Of a stretch of 64,000 nucleotides of DNA, positions 45,732 through 56,384 are shown one piece after another. Numbering within the stretch: the stretch's first letter is position 1; each line of letters opens with the position of its first letter. Under the pieces are notes generated by a model, which worked only from the letters and a program-made list of their open reading frames with translations, did no database searches and was not told the origin of the DNA. Origin of the DNA: Capsulimonadaceae bacterium. GTDB lineage: Bacteria > Armatimonadota > Armatimonadia > Armatimonadales > Capsulimonadaceae. The position numbers and the translations under genes are program-made. The DNA is taken from positions 3,648,001-3,712,000 of the forward strand of contig OZ244065.1 in assembly GCA_965215505.1 (NCBI GenBank). Reading direction: 5' to 3'.

Positions 45732-48086
45732 ATGAAGCATGGAACCTGGCCCCTGGGCCTTCTCCTCATCGCGGCGCTGTGGCTGGGGGCGCGTCCGGGG
45801 CGGACCGAGGCCCCGCCGAACCTGCTGACGAACGGCGACTTCGCGGCGGGCGTCTCCTCGGGCTGGGAGCCGTTCTGGTCGCGGCAGGCCGGGTCGGGGG
45901 CGATGGCGGTGGACCCGGCAGTCGGGCACGGCGGCCACCCGTCCCTGCGCGTGACTCACGCCGGGGCGGACGACTGGAGCGCAGCGCAGGCAGCGCGGCT
46001 GCCGGTGACGCCCGGCGGCATCTACCGCCTGAGCGGGTGGGTGCGCTGCGACAAGGCCGCAAACGTCGAACTGAGTGTGGTGACGCGGGACGCCAGGGGC
46101 GGCGTCCTGGACTGGTCCTATTCGCCCGTCCGCACGGCGGGGACGCACGACTGGTCGGCCCTGACGCGCCGGTTCGTCATCCCCGCCGGCTGCGCCACGG
46201 TTCAGTTCCGCATGATCGGTTCGGGGCTGGGGACGGTCTGGCTGAGTGAGGCATCACTCGTGAAAGAGGGCGCGATCCCCGCAGTGGGGCGCGGGAAGAC
46301 TTTGCGGCTGTCAAACCCGTTCCTGGACGTGCGGCTGGCATCGGGGGAGGGGACGCTGACCGTCACGGACAAGCGCGCGGGCCGGACGTGGCACCAGGAG
46401 CCGTTCGGGGCGGGCCTGATCGTCCGCGACGCCCGGCCGCTGGGCGCGAACGGTGCCAGGCTGACGCTGTGGGACGCCGGGAACGACCTGACATTGCGCG
46501 CCGACCTGGCGCTCGCCCCCGGAGCGCCCGAGCTGACCGTGACGCTGACAGGCCCCGAAACCGGAGTGGTGCAGGAGGCAGTGCCCTTCCCGATGCCGTT
46601 CGTCACCGGGCCGGGGACCGCCCTGGTCGTGCCGCTCAACGAGGGCATCCTGTACCCCGTGGATGACGCGACGGTCCCGCCCATCTCCCTCGTCACCTAC
46701 TCCGGGCACGGCCTGTGCATGCCCTGGGTGGGCGTCATGGACACGAGAACCGGCGCGGGCGTCATGACGGTCCTGCGGACGCCCGACGACGCCCACGTCG
46801 AGATCACGCGGCGAGGGGGCGGGAGCCTGTTCGCACAGCCCGCGTGGGAGGCGACGCGGGGCCGGTTCGGCTATGCCCGGTCGCTCCTCTACGTCTTCCT
46901 GCCCAATGGCGGCTATGTAGGCCAGGCGAAGCGCTATCGCGCCTACGCCAAAAGCACGGGCCTGTTCAAGACGCTGGCGCAGAAGCGGCGCGAGAACCCG
47001 AACGTGGACAAACTGGTCGGCGCGGTCAACGTCTGGAACTGGGACATGGACAAGGTCGGCCTGTGCCGCGAGATGAAGGCCCTGGGGATGGAGCGGGTGC
47101 TGTGGTCCAGCGGCGGTTCGCCCGAAGAAGTGGCCGCGATCAACGCCCTGGGCTACCTGAGCAGCCGCTACGACATCTTCCAGGACGTCTACCCGCCGGA
47201 CGCGCCGAAGTGGCTCAACAAGGCCGGCTGGCCGCAGGACCTGGTCTGGCTGCCGAACGGCGACTGGATGAAGGGCTGGGCGGACATCCAGAAGAAGCCG
47301 GACGGCACGCAGGTCGTCTACCAGGGCGGCGTCATCAACTCCGAGCGCGGCCTGGCGCGCGCCAAGCAGACGACCCCCGCCGACCTCAAAACGACGCCCT
47401 ACGGCTGCCGCTTCATCGACACGACGACCGCCTCGCCGTGGCGCGAGGACTATAACCCCGCCCACCCCCTGACGCGCTCCTTGGACCGGCACTACAAGAT
47501 GGCCCTGCTGGACTTCTGCTCGGGTCAGGAGAAACTGGTGGTCGGCACCGAGACGGGGATAGACCCGTCCGTCCCGTTCGTAGACTATTACGAGGGCATG
47601 ATGAGCCTTGCCCCGTACCGGCTCCCTGACTCGGGCTACGCCATGATGGCCTACAAGACGCCGACCCCGGACTTCCTGAAGTTTCAGGTCGGCCCCTTCT
47701 ACCGCATCCCCCTGTGGGAGCTGGTCTACCACGACTGCGTCGTCGCCGACTGGTACTGGGGGGACTCGACCAACAAAGAACCCGAAGCGTGGGACAAGCG
47801 CGACCTGTTCAACAGCCTCTACGCCACGCCCCCGCTGTTCCTGTTCGACCACGCCATCTGGGAGAAGAACAAGGCCCACTTCGCCCAAACTTACCGGACC
47901 GTCTGCCCCCTCGTCCGCCGCCTCGGCTACGACGAGATGCTGTCACACAAGTTCCTGACCCCCGCCCACACCGTCCAGCAGACGCGCTGGGCCTCGGGCG
48001 TGACCGTCACGGTCAACTTCGGCGACAGGCCGTACACGCTGCGGCGGGGCATAGTCATCCCGGCGGGCGGGCGGCGGGTGGATTAG
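45732..48086 (+). CDS. Secreted CBM4/9-like + glycoside hydrolase (GH129/GH101-like)
   Basis: Signal peptide; NLLTNGDF..YRLSGWVR; RYDIFQD, FIDTT, GTETG, IPLWELVYHD. Confidence 0.75.
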   Translation: MKHGTWPLGLLLIAALWLGARPGRTEAPPNLLTNGDFAAGVSSGWEPFWSRQAGSGAMAVDPAVGHGGHPSLRVTHAGADDWSAAQAARLPVTPGGIYRLSGWVRCDKAANVELSVVTRDARGGVLDWSYSPVRTAGTHDWSALTRRFVIPAGCATVQFRMIGSGLGTVWLSEASLVKEGAIPAVGRGKTLRLSNPFLDVRLASGEGTLTVTDKRAGRTWHQEPFGAGLIVRDARPLGANGARLTLWDAGNDLTLRADLALAPGAPELTVTLTGPETGVVQEAVPFPMPFVTGPGTALVVPLNEGILYPVDDATVPPISLVTYSGHGLCMPWVGVMDTRTGAGVMTVLRTPDDAHVEITRRGGGSLFAQPAWEATRGRFGYARSLLYVFLPNGGYVGQAKRYRAYAKSTGLFKTLAQKRRENPNVDKLVGAVNVWNWDMDKVGLCREMKALGMERVLWSSGGSPEEVAAINALGYLSSRYDIFQDVYPPDAPKWLNKAGWPQDLVWLPNGDWMKGWADIQKKPDGTQVVYQGGVINSERGLARAKQTTPADLKTTPYGCRFIDTTTASPWREDYNPAHPLTRSLDRHYKMALLDFCSGQEKLVVGTETGIDPSVPFVDYYEGMMSLAPYRLPDSGYAMMAYKTPTPDFLKFQVGPFYRIPLWELVYHDCVVADWYWGDSTNKEPEAWDKRDLFNSLYATPPLFLFDHAIWEKNKAHFAQTYRTVCPLVRRLGYDEMLSHKFLTPAHTVQQTRWASGVTVTVNFGDRPYTLRRGIVIPAGGRRVD

Positions 48087-48143
48087 AGGAGACGGCGGGG
48101 TAAAAGCGGGGACCGAATTAGGAGCCGATGTTACGCACCCGAG

Positions 48144-48279
48144 TACCCGGATTGAAATCCGGGTAATCGGTAGAGCGAATGTCCACCTGCGTGGACAAAA
48201 AGACGTTTAAGGGGGGCCGGTTCCTCTGTCCACGCAGGTGGACACCCGCTTTGTTAAAGACCTGGAATTCATTCCAGGT
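48144..48279. repeat. REPIN-like element
   Basis: TACCCGGATTGAAATCCGGGTA, TGTCCACCTGCGTGGACA and inverted counterparts. Confidence 0.75.
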
Positions 48280-48334
48280 TCAGTCAAGCGGTCAGCCGAA
48301 CGGCAGGGGCAGGAGGCCCGAAAAGCCGCCGAGA

Positions 48335-48718
48335 TCAAGCCGCAGCGGGCGGCTCCCAGAGTTCGACTTTGTTGCCTTCCGGGTCCAGGACCCACGCGAA
48401 ACGCCCGTACTCTTCGGCGACTTCCCCCTCGATCGTCACCCCCGCCGCGCGTAGCTGCGCCAGCATCCGCTCCAAATTCTCCACCCGGTAGTTGACCATC
48501 CAGGAAGCGCGGCTGGGGGCAAAATAGGTGGTTTCCCGTGGGAACAGGGACCAGACGGTTTCCCCCAGCTTCTCCGGCGCGTCGGCTTCCCGCCAGTGGA
48601 ACATCGTGGAGCCATGCTCGTCGATGGGAACGCCGAGCTTGTCCTGATACCATTTCTGGAGTTCGGTCGGGTCATCCGCCTTGACGAATATGCCGCCGAT
48701 GCCGGTCACTTTTTCCAT
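48335..48718 (-). CDS. VOC/glyoxalase-family protein
   Basis: KVTGIGGIF..MVNYRV..YGRFAWVLDPEGNKVELWEP. Confidence 0.9.
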   Translation of the reverse strand: MEKVTGIGGIFVKADDPTELQKWYQDKLGVPIDEHGSTMFHWREADAPEKLGETVWSLFPRETTYFAPSRASWMVNYRVENLERMLAQLRAAGVTIEGEVAEEYGRFAWVLDPEGNKVELWEPPAAA

Positions 48719-48932
48719 GTTGAACACCTCGCCTGGATGATTCTGATGTCTCAGATGCGGTCATCATACCAGGCAGAGCCGAGTGCGGCAGCAGGAAGGG
48801 CGTCCGTCGCTCTCCGACTTTGCAAAATTCTCATCAGATGAGAATTCCCCCATCGGTCGTCAGATGATCGTCATCATGGAAGAGGAAGCGCCGGCCAGAG
48901 GATGGGGGGCGAATACAAGGCCCACCCCTGGA

Positions 48933-49358
48933 TTAAGCCGCGACCGGCTCCGGCCTCCAGGCCTCGGCGGCGGGCCTCACGGCGGTGATGATGGCCGCGC
49001 TCTCGATGAACTCGTCTTCATAGGGCACGTTGTGGAGCAGCCTTACCTCGTGCCGCGTCGCCCCGCCGGGCATCCGGCTCAGTACGGCCTGCACCAGCGG
49101 GTCCTCCTGAGGCAGCACGACAAACGTCCCGATCCGGGGCCACCAATCGTCGTCGCCGATGGCCTGGCGGACGAGTTCTATCAGAAGGTTCAGCGAATTG
49201 CGGTCACTGACCAGCCAGGAGGCGGAAACGACCACATCGAATTTAGTGGGGAGGTCGTCGCGCTGGAAAAGCCCGAACAGCGTGAAGTCCCTGCCGCCTT
49301 TGGAGATCGTCTCTTCCGCCGTCCGGAACCGCTCGAAGAGGCTCTGGCTGCTGATCAT
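48933..49358 (-). CDS. Partner of the HEPN protein (possible degenerate nucleotidyltransferase antitoxin)
   Basis: ATGA-coupled to HEPN gene; LFGLF..D..FDVVVSASWL. Confidence 0.6.
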   Translation of the reverse strand: MISSQSLFERFRTAEETISKGGRDFTLFGLFQRDDLPTKFDVVVSASWLVSDRNSLNLLIELVRQAIGDDDWWPRIGTFVVLPQEDPLVQAVLSRMPGGATRHEVRLLHNVPYEDEFIESAAIITAVRPAAEAWRPEPVAA

Positions 49359-49753
49359 AGAATCACCTTCATTATGTTTTCCGCCGCCGCGATCATGTCG
49401 TCCGCGTCGGCCCGCGTCTTCGTCCCTCGGGGGCTGTATCGCTGCTCCGGGTCCCACTTCGTGAGGGTAGCCCAATCCACAGCCAGCGCCGGGTGAATCC
49501 GGGAGTCGGCACCCGACAGTTGAAGCAGTATTCCCAGGTTGTGCGTCTTGAAGCTGCTCAAACCCTCGAACTCTTTCTTCGTGTTCGGGAACCCCTGCCA
49601 CCGGAGCGTCCTGCAAATGCGGTCCTTCAAGGCGATCTCCACCGCATACCCACAGAGGTAGACGGCCACATCGTCTTTCCGGCTGTCCCGGAGGAGAGTG
49701 GCGGCGACCAGATACTCCCGTGCGGTCTTCCGCAGGTCGGCGCGTGTGATCAT
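49355..49753 (-). CDS. HEPN-domain protein
   Basis: AVYLCGYAVEIALK..KTHNL..W..RY helical pattern. Confidence 0.8.
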   Translation of the reverse strand: MITRADLRKTAREYLVAATLLRDSRKDDVAVYLCGYAVEIALKDRICRTLRWQGFPNTKKEFEGLSSFKTHNLGILLQLSGADSRIHPALAVDWATLTKWDPEQRYSPRGTKTRADADDMIAAAENIMKVIL

Positions 49754-50078
49754 GCTTGCGGGTACGTCCGCCCGGCATGGTCGTTCTTGACGGCAACACG
49801 GACACGGGCCTGTGTCACACGGAGGCGTGCCGCCCCCTCTTTGACTATCGGGTACATACCCGGACTTTAGCACATCCCCTCGTCCCTTGTCAAACGCGCA
49901 TTCGGGCTGCCTTGGGCACACGAGTTCCTGACGCCCGGCCGGGCCGTCCGGCAGACGCGCTGGGCGTCGGGTGAGTCAGGGGGGAGGCACGGGAATCAGG
50001 AGGGTCGGCACGGGGCCTGTCCCGACAATGACCGAAGTCGTAGGGGCAATCCCTTGTGGTTGCCCGCCCCGGCTACGC

Positions 50079-50627
50079 TCACGGTTTCTGTGCGGAGCGG
50101 ATGATCTCATAAACCGCCCTCGCCTCGGCGATCCTCTCGAAACTCGGCGCGGAACGTGACCCCGGCCAAGACCCACTGCCGCCCCAGGCCGGGAAGGGAT
50201 TGGACGGGCCAAAAGTGATCGTGCCTGTTCCTGCCGCCTGCTGGTCGAGTGACATCTCGGAGAGCGTCCGCAAAGGCAGCGACTTCACACCCGTGGACGG
50301 CCAGCGGGTGACGATCAGGATACGCTCCGTCGTGACCCCGTAATGCGTGTCGGCGCGCTGACGTGCCTCGAAGAAGAAGCGCCCGACCGTGATGTACAGG
50401 CCGACGAGGACGAAGGGAATCCCCCACAGCTTGAAGAAAAACGGTGCCCCCGTGGCGATGACGCTCGCCTCCCAGAAGACGGCGAAGCCGCCCCAGAGGA
50501 GACTGAACGGGATCAGGAGGGCATCGGACGGCCTCAGAAAAACACCCTGGCGCGGCTGACCGGACCACAGCAGGGACTCGCCCGGAGCCAGCTCGTTTTG
50601 CAGCACGGTGGAGGAGTCGTTGAACAT
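50079..50627 (-). CDS. Membrane protein with bacterial PH domain
   Basis: LAPGESLLWSGQP, two TMs, YGVTTERIL, GTGTITF. Confidence 0.8.
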   Translation of the reverse strand: MFNDSSTVLQNELAPGESLLWSGQPRQGVFLRPSDALLIPFSLLWGGFAVFWEASVIATGAPFFFKLWGIPFVLVGLYITVGRFFFEARQRADTHYGVTTERILIVTRWPSTGVKSLPLRTLSEMSLDQQAAGTGTITFGPSNPFPAWGGSGSWPGSRSAPSFERIAEARAVYEIIRSAQKP

Positions 50628-50636
50628 GAATGATGC

Positions 50637-51077
50637 TTACCCACGCTCCAGGCTGCAATCCTCGATCTTGATGCCGGGGATGGACTCGAAGTGCCTTGCG
50701 TTGCAGGTCACGAGCGTGAAACCGTTCGTCATCGCAATCGCCGCGATGCGGCAGTCGCGGGTTCCGGGCCGCCTCTGAGCAGCAGACCAGCTACGGAACA
50801 AGCTGTCGGTTTCCTCGGTGTAGGGCAAGATCCGGAACACAGCCGGGTCTTCGATTGTCTTGATCAGAAACTGGTAGGCCGCGATGAACCTGGGGGCATC
50901 CCTAGGAATCGCCGCGTTCAGACCCGCGATGACCTTCAGCCGACCTTTAAGCTGCTCCTCTGCCACGATAACGGGCAGCCAGATGACCGACGGGGGCACG
51001 GAAAGGACATTGGCCCTGATCGCCGGCTTGCTCCCACTGAAGTGATGGGTCGTCGTGTCCGTGTCCAAGACATACAC
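50637..51077 (-). CDS. PIN-domain (VapC) toxin
   Basis: VLDTD..EQL..DCRIAAIA..LVTCNARHF. Confidence 0.9.
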   Translation of the reverse strand: MYVLDTDTTTHHFSGSKPAIRANVLSVPPSVIWLPVIVAEEQLKGRLKVIAGLNAAIPRDAPRFIAAYQFLIKTIEDPAVFRILPYTEETDSLFRSWSAAQRRPGTRDCRIAAIAMTNGFTLVTCNARHFESIPGIKIEDCSLERG

Positions 51078-51080
51078 AGG

Positions 51081-51236
51081 CTAATCGGCCGCTTCTGTCT
51101 CTCCGTCCAGTGCGCGCCGCGACGCTTCCAGTGCCAGCAGGAACTCTTCCCAGTTGGGATCATCGGCGTAGCTGCCTGCGATGCGGGCGAGTGGGTTGAC
51201 CCCTTCTGCACCGGGCGGGGGCGTTTGGATCGTCAT
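51081..51236 (-). CDS. Putative antitoxin (51 aa)
   Basis: NPLARIAGSYADDPNWEEF; 3 bp upstream of the PIN gene. Confidence 0.65.
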   Translation of the reverse strand: MTIQTPPPGAEGVNPLARIAGSYADDPNWEEFLLALEASRRALDGETEAAD

Positions 51237-51419
51237 GGTGCGCTCTGCCTCACGGGCGCGGGGGTATGTTTCGTCTTGCGATGCAATGTTGGTTTCATCG
51301 GGTTGTGCCCTCCGGTCGCTGATATCCGGCCATCCCTGGATTATACCACTGTTGCCGATCACCATCAAGAGGGCGAAACAAAGGGGGCGCGGCTTATCGC
51401 GCCCCCATGCGGTCACGAT

Positions 51420-52169
51420 TCAGGCCGTGAGGTGCGCGGCGAAGAAGGCAAGCGTCAGCGGCCAGGCCTGGGCGGCGGCTTCGGGGTTGTAGGACTCGCG
51501 GGCGTCGCAGAAGAAGCCGTGGTCGGCCTGCGAGAACACGACCTGGGCGTAGGGCTTGTCGGCGGCCTTCAGGGCGTCCTCCACGGCGCGCACGATTTCC
51601 GAGCCTATGTGGCCGTCTTTGCCGCCCCAGAACAGCAGGATGGGCGCGTGCAGGCTGGGGGCATGGCCCAGCAGGTCGGGGAACATGGGCATGGGACTGC
51701 CGGTGATGCCGCCGCCGTAATAGGAGACGGAGGCCTGGAGGGGGAGGAGGGCATCGGCGAGGAAGGACGCGCGCCCGCCCATGCAGTAGCCGGTCGAGCC
51801 GACGGCGGACGCCGCGCCGCCCGCCTCGGACTTCAGCCAGTCGTAGGCGGCTTGGATGTCCGCGCCCTGGCCGGCATCGGTGAGGCCCTGCATGTGCGGC
51901 ATGACGGCGGGGAAGTCAGTGTAGGAGCCTTCGAAGTCGGGGCCGGTGCGGTGGAACAGGGCCGGGGCGATGGCGGTGTAGCCTTCGCGGGCGAACCGCT
52001 CGGTCAGGTCGCGGATGTGGGCGTTGACGCCGAACGCCTCCTGCAAGACGAGCAGGCCCGCCTTACCGCCTTGGGCGGGGCGGGCGACATAGGCGGGCAG
52101 GGTGGTCCCGTCGGAGACGGAAAGCTGAACGGTTTCGGTGTGGATCTCGGGCGATGTGGTGTCAGGCAT
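51420..52169 (-). CDS. Dienelactone hydrolase family
   Basis: QEAFGVN, GYCMGG, D and HGF triad motifs. Confidence 0.92.
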   Translation of the reverse strand: MPDTTSPEIHTETVQLSVSDGTTLPAYVARPAQGGKAGLLVLQEAFGVNAHIRDLTERFAREGYTAIAPALFHRTGPDFEGSYTDFPAVMPHMQGLTDAGQGADIQAAYDWLKSEAGGAASAVGSTGYCMGGRASFLADALLPLQASVSYYGGGITGSPMPMFPDLLGHAPSLHAPILLFWGGKDGHIGSEIVRAVEDALKAADKPYAQVVFSQADHGFFCDARESYNPEAAAQAWPLTLAFFAAHLTA

Positions 52170-52230
52170 GGGGGTGTTTCTCCAAGGCAGAGTATTCTCG
52201 GAAAGGGTGGGTAGCGAAACATGAGAAGCA

Positions 52231-52429
52231 CAGGCCGTGAATGGCCGGGCTACTGTTGAGTGGAAACCGCTGCACGGTTGAAGATTGAGGATTGAAGACG
52301 GGGCCGCGTAGGGGCGCCGCTTTCCGCGCCCTCTTCTCTTGCCGCGCCCTCCTTCTCCGCCCTTCCCTGGCTTGTCCTCAGTCGCGGAGCGACTTTCACT
52401 CATGAGTAGGCCGGCCACTCATGGCCGGT
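52231..52429. repeat. REPIN-like element (GTAG-REP family)
   Basis: GGCCGTGAATGGCCGGGCTAC..GTAGGCCGGCCACTCATGGCCGG. Confidence 0.85.
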
Positions 52430-53471
52430 GCGTTATTCGGAATCGGCGACAGGTACACAACCGAAGCGGGGAAGTCAATCAGCAGGGAGTACCCCTTGAA
52501 CACGTCTATGCCCAGGCTGTTGTCCCCTTTCCTCTGTTTGGGCGGCTCCAACGAATAAGACACCGGCTGGTTCGACAGTTTGAGATCGCCCACGGTCATT
52601 GTGGGAACGGTCGTATCATAGCAGACCGTCCGGCGGCTGAATGCGATGCGTGTCCCCTCATGGGAAGGCTGTAAGCGTAGGGACTTCTCCACACTCGCCG
52701 GGAGGTATGTTGTATCGCAGCCGGTGTCAAACACCAAGCGCGCGGTGTCCGTTCTCCCGCCGCTGGAAAGCCGACCTTGCAGAAATATATTCCGTCGTCC
52801 TTATCCTGAGAGAGTGGGAGGCGGGCGGCGGCAGGCCCGAACCCCGCCGCCGCCCGGCGAGCGGGAGTTATTTTGCCGGTGGGATAGACCTTCATGACAT
52901 GCCGCCCTGGGAAGATTGCCATCGCCGTGTCGGAAAGAGCGTTGAGGCCCAGGATGCCGTCAACGTCCAGGTTTATCTGGTCCAGGTCTACCTGGCTCGT
53001 CTTGAAGACGCCGCACTCCACACCCTTCAGCCCGTACCCGCCGACTATAACATCCCTCATCCTTTGGCCGAGATAGGTCAGGTTTCCGATCTTGTGGCCA
53101 CGGTAGACGATATTTCCCAGCGCGTGGCCGCCGAACCGGATACTCTCCACTGTGACCGTGCGGACACGGACCCCGTTGATATTGCACCACCCGGCATGGG
53201 TCGAAGATGTCAAGGGATTGGCTTTGATCTTCGCGGCGAACCGCTCGGTGATGAGACAAGTGTTCGTCCCCGTGTCCAGCAGGAAGCGGGCGTGGACGAC
53301 ATGATTGATGACCACCGGAACGATGATGAAGCCGCGTTCACCCGTCGTGATCGGGACCCGGATCGGGTTTTCCTGGGGCGGTATCTGGCTCAGTGCTTCG
53401 CGGCAGAGGCCGCCGCACAGGACGGCGAACAGGAGAGCAAGAGGCCATCGCGCCGTCATGGTTAGTCTCAT
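52396..53471 (-). pseudogene. Secreted double retropepsin-like aspartyl protease, frameshifted
   Basis: FLLDTGT..DGILG in one frame, VFDTGC..SLGID in another; shift near 52760-52772. Confidence 0.75.
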
Positions 53472-53575
53472 CAGGACCGCACCCAGGAACGCCTGGTCGT
53501 GTCATGTCCGGCTTGCCGCCGTGCCTTGTTTTTTATCATGTTCATGGACACACCGGCCTTTCAAGGCCGGTGCTT

Positions 53576-56275
53576 CTAGGGCGCATGAGACAAGTCCACG
53601 TCATCGAGGTAGAAGACGGTCTTCACCGTGGCGTTGCTGATGAACCCGATCCAGGTCAGGGCGTCGAAGTCCGGGTTGATGTTCGCCAGGCCGTCGAACC
53701 GGCGCGGGGGTTGTCCGGGTAGGGTGACGAGGAGGTCCCATTTGCCTGCCGCGCCCTTGCCGATGGCCGCGCGGATGTGGTAGCGGACCCAGACGCCGCT
53801 GGGGATCGCCATCAGGGGGTCGCTCCCGTGGAACAGCTCGCCGCCCTTGATCGTGAACTCCGGGCCGGTCTTGTACGGCTGACCGCGCCAGTCGCGCCAC
53901 TCGTGGATGATCTCCGCGCCAGGTTCGGCGCGCAGGGCGAAGTCCAAAGTCGTCACTCCTGCCGTGTGGTTGATGGGGAAGACGAGGTGCGGGTCCCAGC
54001 GGTTCGCAAGGCCCGGCGCGTCGGTGAACTTGAGGCTGTGCCCCGAACCGGGCGCGGCGGCCTCGCCGGTGACGCGGATCGAAGCGCCGCCGCCTTCGCC
54101 GTTGGTCTGGGCGTCGGGGCAGGCCGCGCCGACGGCCAGGGCCTCGAAGTCCTGGTGGAACGTGACCGGCGGGGCGGGCGGCGGGTCTGGGGCGCGGACG
54201 AGGGGCGGGTAGGCGTAGCCCTGGGCCAGATGCAGCCAGGCCGCGTCGCCGTAGACGCCCGCGCGGGCCGGGTCGAAGGGCTGGAAGCCGATCCGGGAGG
54301 CGGGCGAGCCGGGCTTCAGCGCGCCGGGTTTGAAGGCGAAGTCGCGCCTCTGCGGGGCGACGAAGCCGGGGTCGGCGACGAGCGAGCCGCCGTCCTTGCC
54401 GCTCGCCTGCCACTGAGCCAGCGACTTGCCTTCAAACGTCACGGGCGACTTCGCCAGGTCCCAATACAGGTTGTGGTCCAAAGTGGTGTTGGGCTGCCAC
54501 GACCCGAGCAGCAGCGGCCCGCCGTCCCACAGGACGATGTTGCGGCGGAACGTGAAGGCGGGCCGTTCCTCGACCCGCGTGCGCTGGAGCTGGCCGTTCA
54601 GGCTGAAGGCGAGGATGTTGTTCTGGATCAGGTTGTTCTGGCCGTAGTGCTGGTGGTACATGCCGGTCTGGACATCGTAGACCAGGTTGTTCTCCAGAAC
54701 GATGTCGCTGCTGCCCTCGTCGTTGTACAGCCCCCAGCCGCCCGGCCCGCCCTTGTTGTACGAGTAGACGTCGTGGATGACGTTGCCGCTGACGGTCGTT
54801 CCGGTCGAAGTGCCCAAGGTGTAGACGCCGCCCATGTCGCTCAGGACGCCCTGCCCGATGTGGTGGATGCGGTTGAAGTCGATGTGGTTGCGCTGTGCCA
54901 GGCTCGGCCCGTAGCCCCACGTCCAGCCCACGGAGACGCCAGTATAGTAGGTGTCGCTGATGTCGTTGTGCGTGACCCGGTTGCCCGCGCTCTGCCCGAT
55001 CCAGACGCCGATGGCGCCGGGGAAGAGGCGCCCGTCGGCGCGGATGATGGTGTCATCCACGACGTTCAGGCTCGTCCGGTCCGGCCCTTCCGGGAGGATG
55101 TCGCCCTCGCCGATCCGCACCCCGCCCGCGCCCAGGTCGTGCAGGTAGCAGTGTTCCACGCGGCAGCCTTCGCACCCGCGCCGGAACCAGACGCCGTACA
55201 GGCCGGTGTGCGCGATCTCGCAGTCTTTCAGCGAGACGCGGGCCGCCTCGTCGGCCTGGAAGACGGCGGGGATGCTGTAGGCGGCCTGGCCGTCGCCCTG
55301 CCCCGCGTCCGGCAGGGCATAGCCGCCGTACTGGAAGGTCAGGCCCCGAAACATCAGGTCCGTGACCTTGCGCGCCGATGTCCCCTCCACGCGCACGAAC
55401 TGTTCGGCGACGGGTGCGATCACCGACGCCGTCCGCATGTCCTCGCCGGGCAGGGGCGTGTAGGAGAGCGTGCCGTCGCGGCCCAGGAACCACTCGCCGG
55501 GCCGGCCCAGGGCGGCCCGGTAGTTTTCCAGTCGGTAACGCTGGGCGGGGTTCCAGTCCATGAAGGGCCAGACGGACGTGCCGGTCAGGGTGAGGAGGCC
55601 CGTCTTCGCGTCCACGGCGGCGGCCCGCAGCCGCGACACCTCCCAGGAATGGTAGACGGTGACGGTGACGTCGTGCAGCTCGGCGGGCGTCAGGCCGAGC
55701 AGCGGCTTGATGTCCTCGGGCCGGGCGAGGAAGGCCCGGCGGGACAGGTCCGCCCCGGCCTTGCCGCGCGTGTAGAGGTAGGCTTGGGCGGGGGTGCCCG
55801 CGCGGGCCGCGCGGCGTCCGTTCACCCAGAGCTGTTCGAAGTACCACTTGCCCGCCGCGACATCGGGAATCCTTACGGTCCACAGGCCGCCCGGATTGCG
55901 CCTGAACCCGGTCACTGCGCGGCCCGCGCTGAAGACAGGGTGTGCGTTCGGGGCGGCTCCATAGATGACCGGGCCGCCGGGCGTCCCGCCGTCGTCGGGC
56001 GTCAGGACGAGCGGGGTGGGGAGGCTGTAAGCGCCGCCCGCGACGACGACATGGACCGGCCCGCGCCCGCCGCCGGTCGCGCGGAGGCGGCGCAGGGCGT
56101 CCCGCGCGCCCGCGAGCGAGGCCAGCGGTCCGTCGGAGTGCGCGGGATTGGGCCGGGCCGACAGGCCCGACCAGGCATCGCTGCCGCCGGGCGCGACGTG
56201 GAGCGTTTCGGCACGGGCGTTGGCGCCGGCGAGGGTGAGGAGCAGCGCGAGCAGGAGGGAGGGCAGACGGGACAT
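53576..56275 (-). CDS. Secreted right-handed beta-helix (pectin-lyase-like) protein
   Basis: [43 protein letters not shown]. Confidence 0.88.
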   Translation of the reverse strand: MSRLPSLLLALLLTLAGANARAETLHVAPGGSDAWSGLSARPNPAHSDGPLASLAGARDALRRLRATGGGRGPVHVVVAGGAYSLPTPLVLTPDDGGTPGGPVIYGAAPNAHPVFSAGRAVTGFRRNPGGLWTVRIPDVAAGKWYFEQLWVNGRRAARAGTPAQAYLYTRGKAGADLSRRAFLARPEDIKPLLGLTPAELHDVTVTVYHSWEVSRLRAAAVDAKTGLLTLTGTSVWPFMDWNPAQRYRLENYRAALGRPGEWFLGRDGTLSYTPLPGEDMRTASVIAPVAEQFVRVEGTSARKVTDLMFRGLTFQYGGYALPDAGQGDGQAAYSIPAVFQADEAARVSLKDCEIAHTGLYGVWFRRGCEGCRVEHCYLHDLGAGGVRIGEGDILPEGPDRTSLNVVDDTIIRADGRLFPGAIGVWIGQSAGNRVTHNDISDTYYTGVSVGWTWGYGPSLAQRNHIDFNRIHHIGQGVLSDMGGVYTLGTSTGTTVSGNVIHDVYSYNKGGPGGWGLYNDEGSSDIVLENNLVYDVQTGMYHQHYGQNNLIQNNILAFSLNGQLQRTRVEERPAFTFRRNIVLWDGGPLLLGSWQPNTTLDHNLYWDLAKSPVTFEGKSLAQWQASGKDGGSLVADPGFVAPQRRDFAFKPGALKPGSPASRIGFQPFDPARAGVYGDAAWLHLAQGYAYPPLVRAPDPPPAPPVTFHQDFEALAVGAACPDAQTNGEGGGASIRVTGEAAAPGSGHSLKFTDAPGLANRWDPHLVFPINHTAGVTTLDFALRAEPGAEIIHEWRDWRGQPYKTGPEFTIKGGELFHGSDPLMAIPSGVWVRYHIRAAIGKGAAGKWDLLVTLPGQPPRRFDGLANINPDFDALTWIGFISNATVKTVFYLDDVDLSHAP

Positions 56276-56384
56276 GGGAACCTCCTGCCTCGGCGGCGGT
56301 GGGGAAACAAGGGGATAAGGAGGGGAAAGGGGGCACGCGGATTGCGGAAGGGCGCACACGGGGGTGCGCCCCTACGAGTGCGCG

